Positions 1 to 13,628 of a stretch of 64,000 nt of DNA are shown here, piece by piece. The notes beneath the pieces are model-generated. The model was not told the origin of the DNA, did no database searches, and worked only from the letters and a program-made list of their open reading frames with translations. The translations under genes were made by a program, and so were the position numbers. The number at the start of each line of letters is the position of its first letter. The first letter of the stretch is position 1. The DNA is from Octopus sinensis (Eukaryota): the NCBI RefSeq assembly GCF_006345805.1, contig NC_043003.1, positions 85,932,001 to 85,996,000 of the forward strand. The letters are read 5' to 3'.

Positions 1-469
1 AGTCAACTTCGGTGGAATTTGAAGTCAGAACGTGAAGACGACGAAATGCCGCTAAGCACTCCGCATTCCGCCCAGTATTCCCATAGCTCACTGTCTTAGT
101 CGTAGCTAAATATTGCAAGGTATTTTAACTACTGCCTTATCATTTCTGCTCCAAAACAACAGTTAAAGACATTTACAACAATGACCTTAGATCTGGAACG
201 TTCAATAAGAATTTTCAAGGCGATAATTCTTCAGATCTTAAAGTATTTTCAAATGCTGTTGTGGTGGTTATTAAAGACTATGTCATCAATTGCTCGAATA
301 CGATATATGATGAAAGATACTTCAAGCTGACCATCTCCGTAATATAATCCTTTTCCTCTTCTAAAACATCAGGGTGTGAGTTGAGGAAGAAGTAGTTACT
401 ATTTCTTGCATGTCGACATCTCCGTCATCGAACAACGACTAACAACGACACTTTCTATTGTAGTTGCGA

Positions 470-665
470 TGACATCATCATAATCATCATCATCATCATC
501 ATCATCATCACCACAATCACAATCATGATCATCATCACCACTATCATGATTATCATCATCGTCGTCGTCGTCATCAACATCATCATCGTCGTCGTCGTCG
601 ACATCAACATCACCGTCATCATCGTCGTCGTCGTCGTCATCATCATCATCATCATCACTATCATT
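470..665. repeat. (CAT/CGT)n trinucleotide microsatellite
   Basis: Visible tandem CAT/CGT; explains the poly-M/T ORF. Confidence 0.9.
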
Positions 666-690
666 CTCTTCTCCTTCCTCTTCTAATGAT

Positions 691-1193
691 TACACTGTAA
701 CACGATTTTTGTCCTTGGATAGCAACTCTTCCTATTTGCTTACACTCAGAAAGGATGAAAAATGGTTAATATTTCCTTGAAACTTTGATTTTGTTACATA
801 TGTTCAAATCCCATAGAATCCTTCTCAAATCATGGCTATAAAGCTCCCCCAGAGATGCATATGTATGCTGAGATGCCTATATATGCTCAGAGATGCCTAT
901 AGTGTCAGCTATTTAGGGGCATGCTCAAGTGATTAAGGGCAGGCAACTGATAAACGAATCTGTTGTATTGAGCAGAATATTTGCTTTAATGATATTTCTG
1001 TTTCAGCTGATCAGCGCTGATTCTGAAATATAACAGAAAATAGGTCAGTTTCAAAACATTGATGTACTGATTACAAAAGCGATTTGAAGGGAGCAGTAGT
1101 CATTTCCTTTGATTTCTAGGTAAAAGAAAATACGAAATAACATTTACTGACAAAAGACAAAAAAAAAAGCAATAAAAATTTTGTTACGCAGTT
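691..1193. mobile_element. Non-autonomous TIR element (MITE-like), copy 1
   Basis: Homologous to 13629-14078 (shared agcaactctt..cctatttgcttac, catggctat, gtattgagcagaata); imperfect inverted ends tgtaacacgattttt / aaaaattttgttacg. Confidence 0.55.
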
Positions 1194-2023
1194 ATCACTA
1201 GTGTTATCACTAGTGTCTCAGTCGTCCTCGTTGTCGGCGTTATTATCAACATCACCGTTGTCATCGTCACCAGCAGCAGCAGCCGTTCAAGTATTTAGAC
1301 CTGGAGATCTCCCTTTCCAGCGACTTCGAGGGCCACCACCCAGTGGTGTCGAGCGTCAACAAAGAACCCTCGACTATAACAAGACGACCAAAGATTTTTT
1401 TTCCAGGGTCTGGGGTCTCCTGCCCCTAAGCCCTAGACCATCACCTAATCACCCTTACCCGTCTTGTTGCTTAACAACAACAACACCACTACCGCCGCCA
1501 CCACCGCCATCGTCTTCTGGTTCACCATAGTTTAGTAGATTTAGTACTGAAGAAAGGTTACACAATTTGGGAGAAGAAACAAACGATTAGAATTGATGCC
1601 ATCTAATAAATGATTCATTATTTCTTCGAGTGACGGAAAGTAACCTTAACTTGAGCTTGATTTGAATTCAGAACATAACCTAAATATTGTGAAGTACTTT
1701 AAACCACGAATATACTAAGGCCAACTTCAGAAAGAATTTCGAAAGCGATATCTCATCAGATCTATGAGTTCTTTAGATTTTGAGAGTGCTAAAGAGTTTT
1801 TTGCTACCATTATCATCGTCATCGTCTCCGTTTTGGTCGTCGCCTCCACATCACCGTTATCAATACCATTTCAAAAACACCACCGACACCACTACCAACA
1901 ACAAAAACAACTACAACAACACCAACAACAACATTCTCTGATTCAGCATGGTTTAGCAATCCTAATTAAAAATTCCTTCAGAAAATGCAGCAACCAGTTT
2001 TCTGCCATTCATTCTACGCGAAT

Positions 2024-2605
2024 AAGGCGCCGAGCTGTCAGAATCGTTAGCAAGCCATACAAAATGCTTAGCGATATTTCGTCTGCCGCTACGTTTTGAG
2101 TTCAAATTCCGCCGAAGTCGACTTTGCCTTTCATCCTTTCGGGGTCGATTAAATAAGTACCAGTTGCGCACTGGGGTCGATATAATCGACTTAATCCGTT
2201 TGTCCGCCCTTGTTTGTCCTCTTTGTGTTTAGCCCCTTGTGGATAATAAAGAAATAGGTATTTCGTCTGCCGCTACGTTCTGAGTTTAAATTCCGCCGAG
2301 GTCGACTTTGTCTTTCATCCTTCCGGGGTCGATAAATTAAGTACCATTTAAGCACTGGGGTCGATATAATCGACTTAATCCGTTTGTCTGTCCTTGTTTT
2401 TCTCCTCTTTGTGTAGCCCCTTGTGGGCAGTAAAGAAATAGGTATTTCGTTTGTCTTTATCTCCTGAGTTCAAATTCCACCAAGGTTGACTTAGCCTTTC
2501 ATCCTTTCGGGGTCAATAAATTAAGTACCAGTTACGCACTCGGATCGATCTAATCGACTTACCCGCTCCCACAAAATTTCGGGCCTTGTGCCTGGAGCAC
2601 AAAAG
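2024..2605 (+). mobile_element. tRNA-derived SINE with Nin/Deu-like core, trimer of a 184-bp unit
   Basis: A-box-like gagctgtcagaatcgttag; B-box gagttcaaattcc; core gcctttcatcctttcggggtcgat; units start at 2073, 2257 and 2441. Confidence 0.85.
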
Positions 2606-2744
2606 TTCATTCTACACGAATCTAATATGAAACTATAAATACTGTTTCAAACGATTTGATTCAAGACATCTTTAGGTCTTCCTTTTTTAAATGAACAAGT
2701 ATGAATTTGCGGTGAAAAGCCAACGTTAGGAGGTGCATAATGTA

Positions 2745-3056
2745 CTGATCCGTGATAGAATATTCAACAAGTACTGTCATATGATTGGCGTGATTGCTTG
2801 TTAAGTTGAGTGACTCTAAAGATTCAACCAAGTTTCACATTATTATGGATTTATACGACATGAATTACTCTACTATTTAATCTTTTAGTTCTTTATGATA
2901 TGTAGTTTGCGCCCGAAGAATATGTTTGAGTTCCCTCAGCATATGGAACTATTAGTAGCGCTTTAATACATGTATTGTGACCTTTAAATAAATAATATTT
3001 ATCTCCTCTCACCAGGTGGAGTACTTATTTTGCTGAATTTTCTATCACGGATCAGT
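2745..3056. mobile_element. MITE, Tc1/mariner-type (TA-flanked)
   Basis: ~30-bp inverted ends atgtactgatccgtgatagaa (2740-) / ttctatcacggatcagtacat (-3060). Confidence 0.65.
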
Positions 3057-3057
3057 A

Positions 3058-3121
<64 letters not shown>

Positions 3122-3124
<3 letters not shown>

Positions 3125-3385
3125 CGTGATCACCGTGACCGACCAGACTATCAGATGTTGCTACACATCGCTGGTCACAATGCGCTTTGCATTGTTTTAG
3201 CCTTCAAATGACGCCACCCCGCTGGCTAAGCGAGCAGGCCAACAGAAGAAAGAGTGAAAGTTGTGGCGAAAGAGTACAGCAGGGACCGCCACCAACCCCT
3301 GCCGGAGCCTCGTGGAGCTCAATAAACACACACAACGCCCGGTCTGGGAATCGAAACCCTAACCACTGGGCCATTGCGCCTCCAC
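3122..3385 (-). mobile_element. tRNA-derived SINE (head related to 11031-11338), between (TA)n and (CA)n
   Basis: Minus strand tgtggaggcgcaatggcccagtggttag..ttcgattcccagaccggg; tail with a cacggtgat repeat. Confidence 0.75.
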
Positions 3386-3394
3386 ACACACACA

Positions 3395-3455
<61 letters not shown>

Positions 3456-4519
3456 TTATTTCCTCTTTTATCTTTTATTTGTACCAGTTATTAGACTGGT
3501 GCCATACTGGGGTACTGCCTTGAAGAATTTTATCGACACTTTTGCTGAATAGCTAACTTACCAGACCATAAACACTCCAACACCAGTTGTCAAGTGGTGG
3601 TGTGGGTATAAACACGCACGCACGCACGCACACACACACATACACACAACACTACGATGCAGTTTAGAATTCTCAATAGAGTTAGTATTCGTTATTAAAA
3701 ACAATATCATCGTAAATAGTTAAATAATGTTACATACATAATGAGAGGGAAGCGAAGATGGCTGAAATGCAGATATATAAGGATAATATAATCTTAGTAT
3801 TACTTATACTAAAGCAATGGGCATGCATGCACAAATGTGCCCCACCGACTTTGTTTCTTCATAATTTACAGAAAAATGGATATTTTTTTATATGAAATTT
3901 TCTACAAATATGCTTCAGATGGCATAGGTTCCGATTATAATTGAATTTATTGTGAGAAAAAAAATCTTTTCGGTGAAATAAGGAGAGGAGTTAGATTTGT
4001 GCCTCATAATTTCTAAAAACAGGGGTATTTTTAAATGAAAATTTCGACGAATACTTTTCTGAGCGTGTAAAAAATTATTTTACAGGAATTTAATACGAAA
4101 ATAAAGCTTGGTGGGATAGCACACATATATACTGACACACATTACATTATTTCGAAAATATATTTCAAAATAAATTCTGACATAATTGGAATCTGCATTT
4201 ACCCATTAATGTCATATGTTTAGGGAATGTACAGGTTTCTCTGGTCAGTTACTGTATGTCATTGCACATTGCTTACTAGAGGTTCAGATTAAACATGTAT
4301 TTAAAAAAAAATATAATTTAGATATATTTCTTCGTTGCTTAGTGTTGAACGAATGGGATAGGCGTGCTCAGTACATGTTGAAGAACTACTATAAGGAACT
4401 GGAGGATGTTGTACTTGCTGGTGTTGTTTGTTGTGGTGGTGGTGGTTATGATGATGATGATGATGATTACTTTTTATTGAAACTAAATCGGAGAGTTTGT
4501 CTCACGACTTGAGTTTCCC

Positions 4520-4710
<191 letters not shown>

Positions 4711-4941
4711 ATTTCTAATTCTTTAACTCGTTTTAGTCAGTAAACTGCACTCATACTGAGGCACCGCCTTGACTAGTTTAGGCGATGAAACTGAATGTAA
4801 TACTTAATTTAAGTTAAGGAGCTATCCTATCAGTCTCTATATTCTGAAGTGCTAGGATACAACTATGTGAGCATAGAACGAAAAAGGAAAACACGAGCAC
4901 ACACACACACACATACACACATACACACACACACACAGACA

Positions 4942-4989
<48 letters not shown>

Positions 4990-6247
4990 CACATTTATTG
5001 AATAACAATGTGAAAAGGAAAAGTTAACGAACCGTTATATATTTTAGGCTGAAAAGCCGAAGTTCGAGCTTAAGTAGAATCTGCTATTTAGCAATCAAAA
5101 TGTCAAGATCTACATGAACTCACATTTCCAAGACGTTCCCTTCTGAAGATAGTTCTTTGTGCCCGAATATATAATGATTAATTGACTTTCCCATTTCACA
5201 TTGTTAGACGCTCCCTCTCTACATCATTTGTTATTTTACTTCTTTATCACAATGCCTTAACCAAACTACAATGTGCTTACTTCACATGTACATACATACG
5301 ACTATATATTTATACACACATATACAAACACACACACAAACACACACACATATATACATATAGGTTTGTATGTGTATATATATACAAATATTCACATATA
5401 CATATAAATATAGACACATGAAGAATTTGAATTAATCACGCGAATAGGTTTTTTTTCCTAAGCCAGAAGCATTTTTTTATTTTGATTATTTTTCTTCATA
5501 AAATGGTTTACAATAGAGATTCGCAGAGTATTTTTGTTTTGTTTTGGCAATTTGAGGATGCTGAATTTATGTTGCAATATAAATATAATAAATAAAGAAA
5601 TACATAGCGTAAGAATCAAATTATATATACAATCTATATTGGTTCCCTTATTGGAAGAATTCTACGGAAGATGATTAAATTACATTTGAAATTTAGAATA
5701 AGCAAATTATAATTTGAAAACAAACCTTAAAAAAATGAACAAATATGTTAAGTGAAACGATAAAGTAGAGCAATGTTCGATATCGACAAGCATGTGTACT
5801 TTTGTATTCGCCCATTGTCCATGAAAGACAGCTTGTTATATACAATATTATTGAAACTAAGCAACTATATTTGTTGTACAATATCTGCTCGATCACCAAT
5901 TACAACAGCTGTCTCTATGACAGTGGCAAGATAAAAGCTACAACAAAGGAACAACGAAAATACACAAGAATATGAAATACTGCAATCAATCCTTAACGTT
6001 AGCAGTCAATCAACGATAGCTCAATTAGTTGAAAAATCAAAATTTCGGTATTCGTTAATCTAACGAATACATGGAAGCATGCATGCATGCGCATGGAGTC
6101 ATCTGCAATACTCACAATATAATAAATGTGTCATTATTGACTCACTTACAAAATAATGAAGACAAAATGCCACCGAATAACAATATCTAATTGCCAATCA
6201 GGCCTATCTACTCATTAAGCTATAATGTAATTCATATTACTCCATTT

Positions 6248-6663
6248 GGATCTTTTCGGTTTGAACGGCAGTTTTTAAAAAATAATTTCCACGTAACTAA
6301 ACACTTTTAAACTTCGTATACTGGTAGAATGTGTTTATAAAACATCTTTTTCTCTTGGGTTTATTGAGAAAATTCTATAGTTTGTAAGATATTTGTTGTT
6401 TTTTTCTTCAATTTCTTCAATTTCAACCAATCAATGACGTCTATTGAGGTGAAAACATTCTGTTCCGTATGAATATGTCCCTCGTTTAAGAAACAGATTG
6501 GGTTTATTTACATTTGTGAAGAAAAAAGATACCCTTCCCCCCACCCCTAACCCAAACCCTAAAACAGATTGAAATGCAATAGATCGATACTAGGGTCATA
6601 ATTATGGGTGACAATTTCATATGACGCCGCTAGAAAAAACTGCCATTCAAACCGAAAAGACCC
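6248..6663. mobile_element. MITE with ~28-bp TIRs and a 7-8 bp TSD (GG..CC termini, possibly Merlin-like)
   Basis: ggatcttttcggtttgaacggcagtttt / aaaactgccattcaaaccgaaaagaccc; (c)tccattt on both flanks. Confidence 0.8.
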
Positions 6664-6951
6664 TCCATTTCAATCTCTACTGTAAATAAACTTGAGGTAA
6701 AAACAACACTTCGCTTTGTTTGTTTAAATAAGAAACTGTTATCACAAAACTTCAACTCGTTCAAAATGTGTTGCACCGAGCTAAAAACTTATACTAGTAT
6801 TTAATTTTGTTACTAAGACATCGATAAATCAATCGCCAATTTAGTTAGTGTTAGCTATTTGTTACATGTGCATTAGCTATTTTTGGAAGAAATACTCATA
6901 CTCTATGGGAATAACAACACAAACGAAGCAATATTAATCATTCGATGATAT

Positions 6952-7160
6952 TTTGAGCTGGCAGAATCTTAGCACGGCGGGCAAAATGCTTAGCGGCATT
7001 TCGTTCGTCTTTACGTTCTGAGTTCAAATTCCGCCGAATTCGAGTTTGCATTCATCCTTTCGCCGTCGAGAATATCACAACTAGTTGAATACTATAGTCA
7101 AGGTAATTGACTTACCCATCCTTCGAAACTGCTGGCTTTGTGCCAAATATTTGAAACCTA
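6952..7160 (+). mobile_element. tRNA-derived Nin-like SINE
   Basis: gagctggcagaatcttagcacg..gagttcaaattccgcc. Confidence 0.75.
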
Positions 7161-7336
7161 TATTTTGATTATTACGGCAAGTAAGAGATACGAACGTAGA
7201 ATGTTTCGGCTTCATTATGCGACACTCCTCAGCGGGTAGGCAACCATAGTTTAGCCTACCCTTAATAGCATATTCTTTATGCAGAAGGCACCCATGGGGA
7301 CATTTTTCCATATCAGCTATACATACATACATGTGC

Positions 7337-7367
<31 letters not shown>

Positions 7368-7479
7368 CATACATACATACATACATACATACATACATAC
7401 ACGTATATACATGCATACATACATACATACATACATAAATACATACATACATACATACATACAATCACACATATATCTG

Positions 7480-8000
7480 GTATGAGAAATATTTTGTGAG
7501 GTCATGACTTTCCACACTGATCTCTCCCAATGACATGTCATCCTTCATCACTGCAATTCTCACTACTCGTCCATGTTACGTCAAAAAGGCAACGATGTGC
7601 CAAGACTTGATATCATTGGCAGTGCCTCCCATGGTTACCTTCGTGTTATGTTGGCCTATGTACAGCTGTACATGGGCAGGTGTGACGCTTACCAATTCAG
7701 CATACTTCTTGGCTCCGTCCCCATTCCCCAAAACGTACTCGTGTTATCTCGTTCAATAGACAAAATATTCTTCCACTCATCAGTTAGTATCGGTTTTATT
7801 ACTTCTTTAGAAAGCATAAAAGCATATAAGTATACCAATTTTCTCTTTTCTTGTTCTGGGAGAAAATCTTGCGGGTGAGGAGAGAGAGCTATTGTGAAAT
7901 ACAATTCTGCCAAATTTGCATCTCCAACAGAGACCTACCCAAGTCCCAGAATCTTCTTGTTTGAATGCAATGTTTGCAAATATATATGTGCAAAGCTGTG
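7480..8000 (-). pseudogene. Degenerate coding fragment resembling non-LTR retrotransposon ORF1 (RRM-like, L1/Tx1 type)
   Basis: Reading with 2 stops and 1 frameshift: ..GDGAKKYAELVSVTPAHVQLYIGQHNTKVTMGGTANDIKSWHIVAFLT*HGRVVRI..; resemblance judged by eye. Confidence 0.35.
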
Positions 8001-8472
8001 AATTGCTCTTGCTGTCATAGTTACTATTATTGTTGCACGAATCTTCAAAGTAGCTCTTATTTGTATCAGAGACACCAGATATATCATTATTTTAAAAAAT
8101 AATGAATTTATAATCATTTTCCCTTTTTTATGCATTATCTATGAAAATGTATTTTTGCTTATCTTCTTTCTTTTTATTGTTTTATCGCCATGTTATAAAA
8201 ATACGATAGAAATTTAATAAAGTGAAGCTAAGTATTCCAATAAAGTGTCTTCTTTTGTGCCAAAGGAGTCCCTCAAGTTAAATTACTAAATATCTTTGGC
8301 TGCAATTGCAGCTACATTAAATTAGAAAACTTATCCGCTTTTAAAGTACACTTAAATTTCAAAACTACAGAGCTGGAAGAAAACATTTGGCGCGAGAAGC
8401 TATGATAATAATATCAACAACAACAACAACAATGGCGACGACGACGACGACAACAACAACAACAATAATAAC

Positions 8473-8510
<38 letters not shown>

Positions 8511-8560
8511 TAATAAAAATAATAATAATAATAATAATAACAATAATAATAATAATAATA

Positions 8561-9970
8561 ATGAAATTCGGACTGAGAAAGTGTGGTGTGTTAGTATGAA
8601 GAGAGCCAAAATCAAATGTATGGACAGACTAACAATACTGCCGGGAGGCGTCATGAAGCAGATAGAAGAGACGGGCTATAATTACTTGAGGATTTTGGAA
8701 ATAGATAAATTAATGGAGAAAGAATTGAAAGAAAAATTAAGGTGGCGTACTTACGCAGACAGAGACTGATTCTTAAGTCGAAATTAAACGGACGGAGTGA
8801 GATCGAAACTATCAACACCTGGGCGGTTTCACTCCTTAGATATGGAGCAGGGGTAATCGCATGGACAGTAGACGAACTAAACAGCTTAGACAGAAAGACA
8901 AGGAAGTTGCTAACTAGATATGGGTCACTCCACTCAAAAAGTGACACAGACAGACTGTATGTACCAAGAAAAAGAGGGGGAAGAGGACTTATTGGATGCG
9001 AGCGCAGCATTAAAGCAGACGAAAACAACATAGCATGGTATGTAAAAAATGCCACAGAACCGCTAATATTAGAAGTAGGAAGGTCAGGTTTGTGTAGGAT
9101 GAAAGATTGCAAAGATAAAGCACTATACAAGAAATTGAAAATGAATGAAACTGAAAATAGGTGGGTAAAGAAAAGAATATATGGTCAATTTCATAGGGAT
9201 GCAGAAGATAAGACAGGCAGAGAAAAAAGATGGCTGTGAATGATTTAAAACCGGAAACAGAGGCTCTATTTGTGCTGCCCAAGAGCAAGCACTAAGAACA
9301 AACTACATAAAATACAGAGTAGACAGCACAGCAGAAAGTGATAACTAGAATCTGTGGACAAAACGGTGAAACCGTATAGTATATTACCAGCCAATGTACG
9401 CCTCTAGCCCAGAAGGAATATAAGAGACGCCACAACAATATAGCCAGGCTTGTCCATTGGACACTTTATAACAAGTATGGACTTGACAGAGCAAAAATTG
9501 GTACGACCACAAACCTGAAGGCTTCGTCGGAAATAGAAATGCAAAGATCGTATGGGATTTTATGATTAGGTGCGACCATGAGATTGAAAATAGGAAGCCG
9601 TATATAGTCTTAACTGAGAAAGAAAACAAACTATGCTGGGTCATAGACATAGCATGCCCAGCTGACAACAAGGTATGCGATAAGGAAGAAAGAAAAATCG
9701 AGAGATATGATAGGTTAGCTTGGGAAGTTAAACAATTGTGGTCGGTGAAAAAGGTAGCAGTAGTACCAAAAATTGTCGGAGCCCTGGCAACAGTGAGCAA
9801 AAATCTCGAGAAGCACGTCGAACAAATAGGGGCTGCATTAAGGGTGGAGCACTTGCAGAAAACAGCACTGCTTGGAACCGCTCGAATACTCTTGAAGGTG
9901 CTCGAAAAAGAAGAGGCGTTACCTTCACTGGTAGTGAACAGCGGACACAGTGTTAGAAGCTGTGCAAAGC
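8561..9970 (+). mobile_element. 5'-truncated R4/Dong-clade non-LTR retrotransposon (RT end, CCHC remnant, restriction-like endonuclease), frameshifted
   Basis: MKFGLRKC; INTWAVSLLRYGAG; RLYVPRKRGGRGL; EYKRRHNN; KIVWDF..RKP..IDIACP..K; flanked by (TAA)n on both sides. Confidence 0.9.
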
Positions 9971-11030
9971 AATAATGATAATAATAATGATGATAATAAT
10001 AATAATATTTTTTTTATTCGCCAAGAAAGGCTAAAAGAGTACAAAAGTGCGAAGGAACATTAACGAAGTGTGTTAATGAGAAAACGTATGGGGTGGTCGA
10101 ACATAATAGAAACAACAACATCCATAAAAGATAAATTCAACTTCGGAAAATTGAATTATTCCGCTTTTATTATTATAATCATTGCAGACACGCAGGCGCT
10201 TGCATGCGCGTGCATACACACGCATGTGTGTACATTCGATAAGACGTACTTCAACGGCAAGTCAGTCTGTTTAGTGGGTTGCACGATTGATTTTGTATAG
10301 ATATACAATACTGGGAATATGTACTGTCTACACTTAACATGACACACACTAATTATATGGTAGGAAATACTATAAACATCAAATTAATTATAGAAAATCA
10401 CATTTCATACAATTATTTAATATTCATTGGAACAAGGCAAAGACGGTGGATGCTATCAATTGGCGTCAATCATCGTCAAGCAAACGCCATCTCGAAAGGA
10501 ATCCAGTCAACAGTCGAGAGAACCAGCCATTGGGGTATGACTGAAAAGGCATGATGAAACCTTGTGGGAGAGGAGATATATAGGTATGAGGCACGTACCT
10601 ATTTACTGATATGGCAAGTCAGACGTGCATGACTCCAGAATCTGAATGGTGCTGACGGTCTCGAGATCAAGGACTTGAGAGTCGGTCGAATAGGCGGGGC
10701 CTCACATCAATGAGATGTGTTGGGAGCGATACACTGTAAAACTGTTGAGAGAAAGGCCCCAAAACGATGCGCATTCTCTCTTGATAAACTCTGAAACCTA
10801 CTGGCGTCTGGTATGCGGATTTTTGATTGACAGCATTAAGCTCAAATAAGCTGTTTTCAAGACTTTTTGCAAAGAAAACCCACTCTAATTCTGTACATTA
10901 TTAGTTTCATTTAACTGCCATAAATGACAGACGAGTTTGATGTATGAAGGTGAAAATAGAGAAAGAAGTGATAAGTTTTCATTCTAACTCAGTAGAGCTC
11001 TGATGATCCTGTGGAATCAGAATCACTAAT

Positions 11031-11338
11031 TTTTGTTTGTTTGTTCCTTCTCGAGCTACGCCTGGCTCATAGGGCCGGTTTCCCAGTTTCTTTGGCGTAT
11101 AGGTTCCCCACCTGGACGGGACGCCGGTCCGTCGCAGGTGAGCTGCAAGATGCAGGAGGAAAGAATGAGAGAAAGTTGTGGTGAAAGAGTCAGCAGAAGT
11201 TCGCCATTACTTTCTGCCGGAGCCGCGTGGAGCTTAGGTATTTCGCTCATAAACACACACATCGCCCGGTCTGAGATTCGAACCCGCGATCCCTCGACCG
11301 CGAGTCCGCTGCTCTAATCACTAGGCCATGTGCCTCCA
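11031..11338 (-). mobile_element. Full-length tRNA(Arg)-like SINE with 13-bp TSD
   Basis: TSD cagaatcactaat at 11018-11030 and 11339-11351; A box tggcctagtgattaga, B box ggttcgaatctc; (AAAC)n tail. Confidence 0.9.
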
Positions 11339-12349
11339 CAGAATCACTAATGGGTAAACCACATTTTCACTACATCCTCAACATTTGTACCTTCCCTAAT
11401 TCGCACACGCTTTTGGCTTTAAAAGCTGAAAAGTGCAAGTCATTGCATTTCAAAGAAAAAGGCAAACTTTCTTGCTGGTTGTCTTGTCTATACCCAAAAT
11501 CTGTTTACGTGGCAAATTATACATTTTACAAACTCTCGTTAGAGAGGCAACAACATCTGTTTAATAATTCTCATCACGTTTCTTAGGATTATTACTTTCC
11601 ATTGAAAGATGCCTTATCACTGAAATATTTAGTAAATTTACTGACCAATATAGCACTAATATTCAAAATTGGTGCCTTCCACAGTTAGCTTAAACTTTCA
11701 CAGTTAGCTTAAACTTTCACAGTTAGCCACTAAACTTAGATTTTGTTTGGTTTTTCCGTTACTAAGTTTAACGGGGTAGGTTTTAAAGAGACTTCTCCTC
11801 CTCACTGTTTTCTGTATATCTTTCTTTGTAAATATACATGTGTATGTATATATGTATGTATTCATTCATGCATGCATGCACACATATGTGTGTGCATGTG
11901 TACATGCATGTGTGTGCTTGTGTGTATGTGTGTGTAGTAGTATTAGTATTAGTATTAGTATTAGTAGTAGTTGTTGTTGTTGTAGAGAAAGTGCGAATGC
12001 GGAGCGGAATCAGAACCAATTGTTCAAAAGATGCAATAGTTCCGCGAGAAGGATAGCTTTCTAAAGATTTCTCTATTTAGTTCTATCGTTGTCAAAGAAA
12101 CATAGAGACGAGAAATATTATCGATTTAGCCAATCTATTTCAGCAAATCTCTTCTCGACAAAGTGTGGTGTTTGGAAATAGAAAAATCTTCTTCAAGTTA
12201 CATCCTATTGTTTTAAACAGAAGTGATACAGTGAATAATATTCCAACCATAGCCATTCCATCTTTGTGTACTTTTCAAAGGCGGAATAGTTATGACCGGA
12301 ACGTCTTTTCGATGTATTTCCGCTTGATTAGTGTCTCCAAGCGATTAAA

Positions 12350-12565
12350 AAAGAACAAACAACAACAACCACAAAAACTACAAGTACAACGAGGTGGTAG
12401 TAACGACAATAAAGACAACAGCAACAACAAAATGAGGACAACAGAAGTAGCAACAGTAACAACAACAGCAGTAGCAGCAACAACAGCAACAACAACAACA
12501 GCAGCAGCAGCAACAGCACCAGTAACAGCAGCAGGAACAACAACAGCAACAACCACCACAACACA
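12350..12565. repeat. (CAA/CAG)n trinucleotide repeat
   Basis: Visible; source of poly-C/L/V ORFs. Confidence 0.85.
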
Positions 12566-12848
12566 CATAAAACAGTGACGAAGTACACACTTTGTTTACA
12601 AAAGGGACTTGCAAACTTCACGTATGCACACAACACAGGCATTCACACATATATATGCGCACAACAACCAGTTGAGGTAATCACAAATCCTAGATGGTCT
12701 TTGGATATAAGCAAAAAAAAAACCTTGTCACTTTGTTAGGGATAGGTTTGAATTTTGTTGAGAAAAATTCCAAACAAAACCTTACACACACATACATATA
12801 CACATTCATATATAAACATATGTCATCGTACAAACATGTATACATACA

Positions 12849-12975
<127 letters not shown>

Positions 12976-13095
12976 GGGCATTTCTACACATAAATGCCTC
13001 ACGCTATGAGGGACTCTTAAAGTCAAAACCACCATAATAAATAAATACTGTGTACCGAACGCGAGGGAATGCAACTCTTGAAGCGAGCTCCTTAA

Positions 13096-13581
13096 AAACA
13101 GATTCAGCCACAGATCATGTGATTTCATAATTAGTGCACAAAATGCACTTTTTAATCGCCAGTACAGGAATAATCAAGACACATAAAAATGAACAAAAAA
13201 TCTACTTACCAGACGAACACCAAATGTATCCAACATAGGGCATTAGAGTTGTTCACTCCCATATATCTATGTAAAAGGTTTTTTCACGTTGATAAATTCT
13301 GATACATATTTTATCCTATTTTAAATTTTAAATTTAACCGGAATATATTCGGTGCTGATTTATTCGGAATATACACGTGTACCAAGATGCAACTCGAAAA
13401 GCCTCTTACATAGATATATACGAGTGAACAACTCTAATGTGCTATGTTGGACACATTTGGTGTTCGTCTGGTATGTTGATTTTTGTTCATTTTTATGCGT
13501 CTTGATTATGCCTGCACTGGCGATTAGAAAGTGCATTTTGTGCACTAATTATGAAATCGTGATCTCTGGTTGAATCTGTTT
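13096..13581. repeat. Imperfect inverted repeat (~185-bp arms, ~110-bp spacer)
   Basis: 13096-13283 is the reverse complement of ~13396-13581 (e.g. cataattagtgcacaaaatgcacttt / aaagtgcattttgtgcactaattatg). Confidence 0.9.
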
Positions 13582-13628
13582 CCATTATCGGAAAAAAGAT
13601 AAAAGATAAATGGAAAAAAATCACTAAT

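Noticed and set aside
1962-2171. Recurrent RPRKDERQSRPRRNLNSE peptide in many ORFs
   Set aside because: Antisense translation of the SINE core.
7183-7240. Minus-strand CTGAGGA..GAAA..TA motif
   Set aside because: Core letters are present but stems II and III do not pair; likely chance.
11260-11338. tRNA-like sequence
   Set aside because: SINE head with body, tail and TSD; no complete cloverleaf.
11677-11730. 20-bp direct repeats considered as CRISPR-like
   Set aside because: Contiguous tandem copies with no spacers, in a eukaryotic context.
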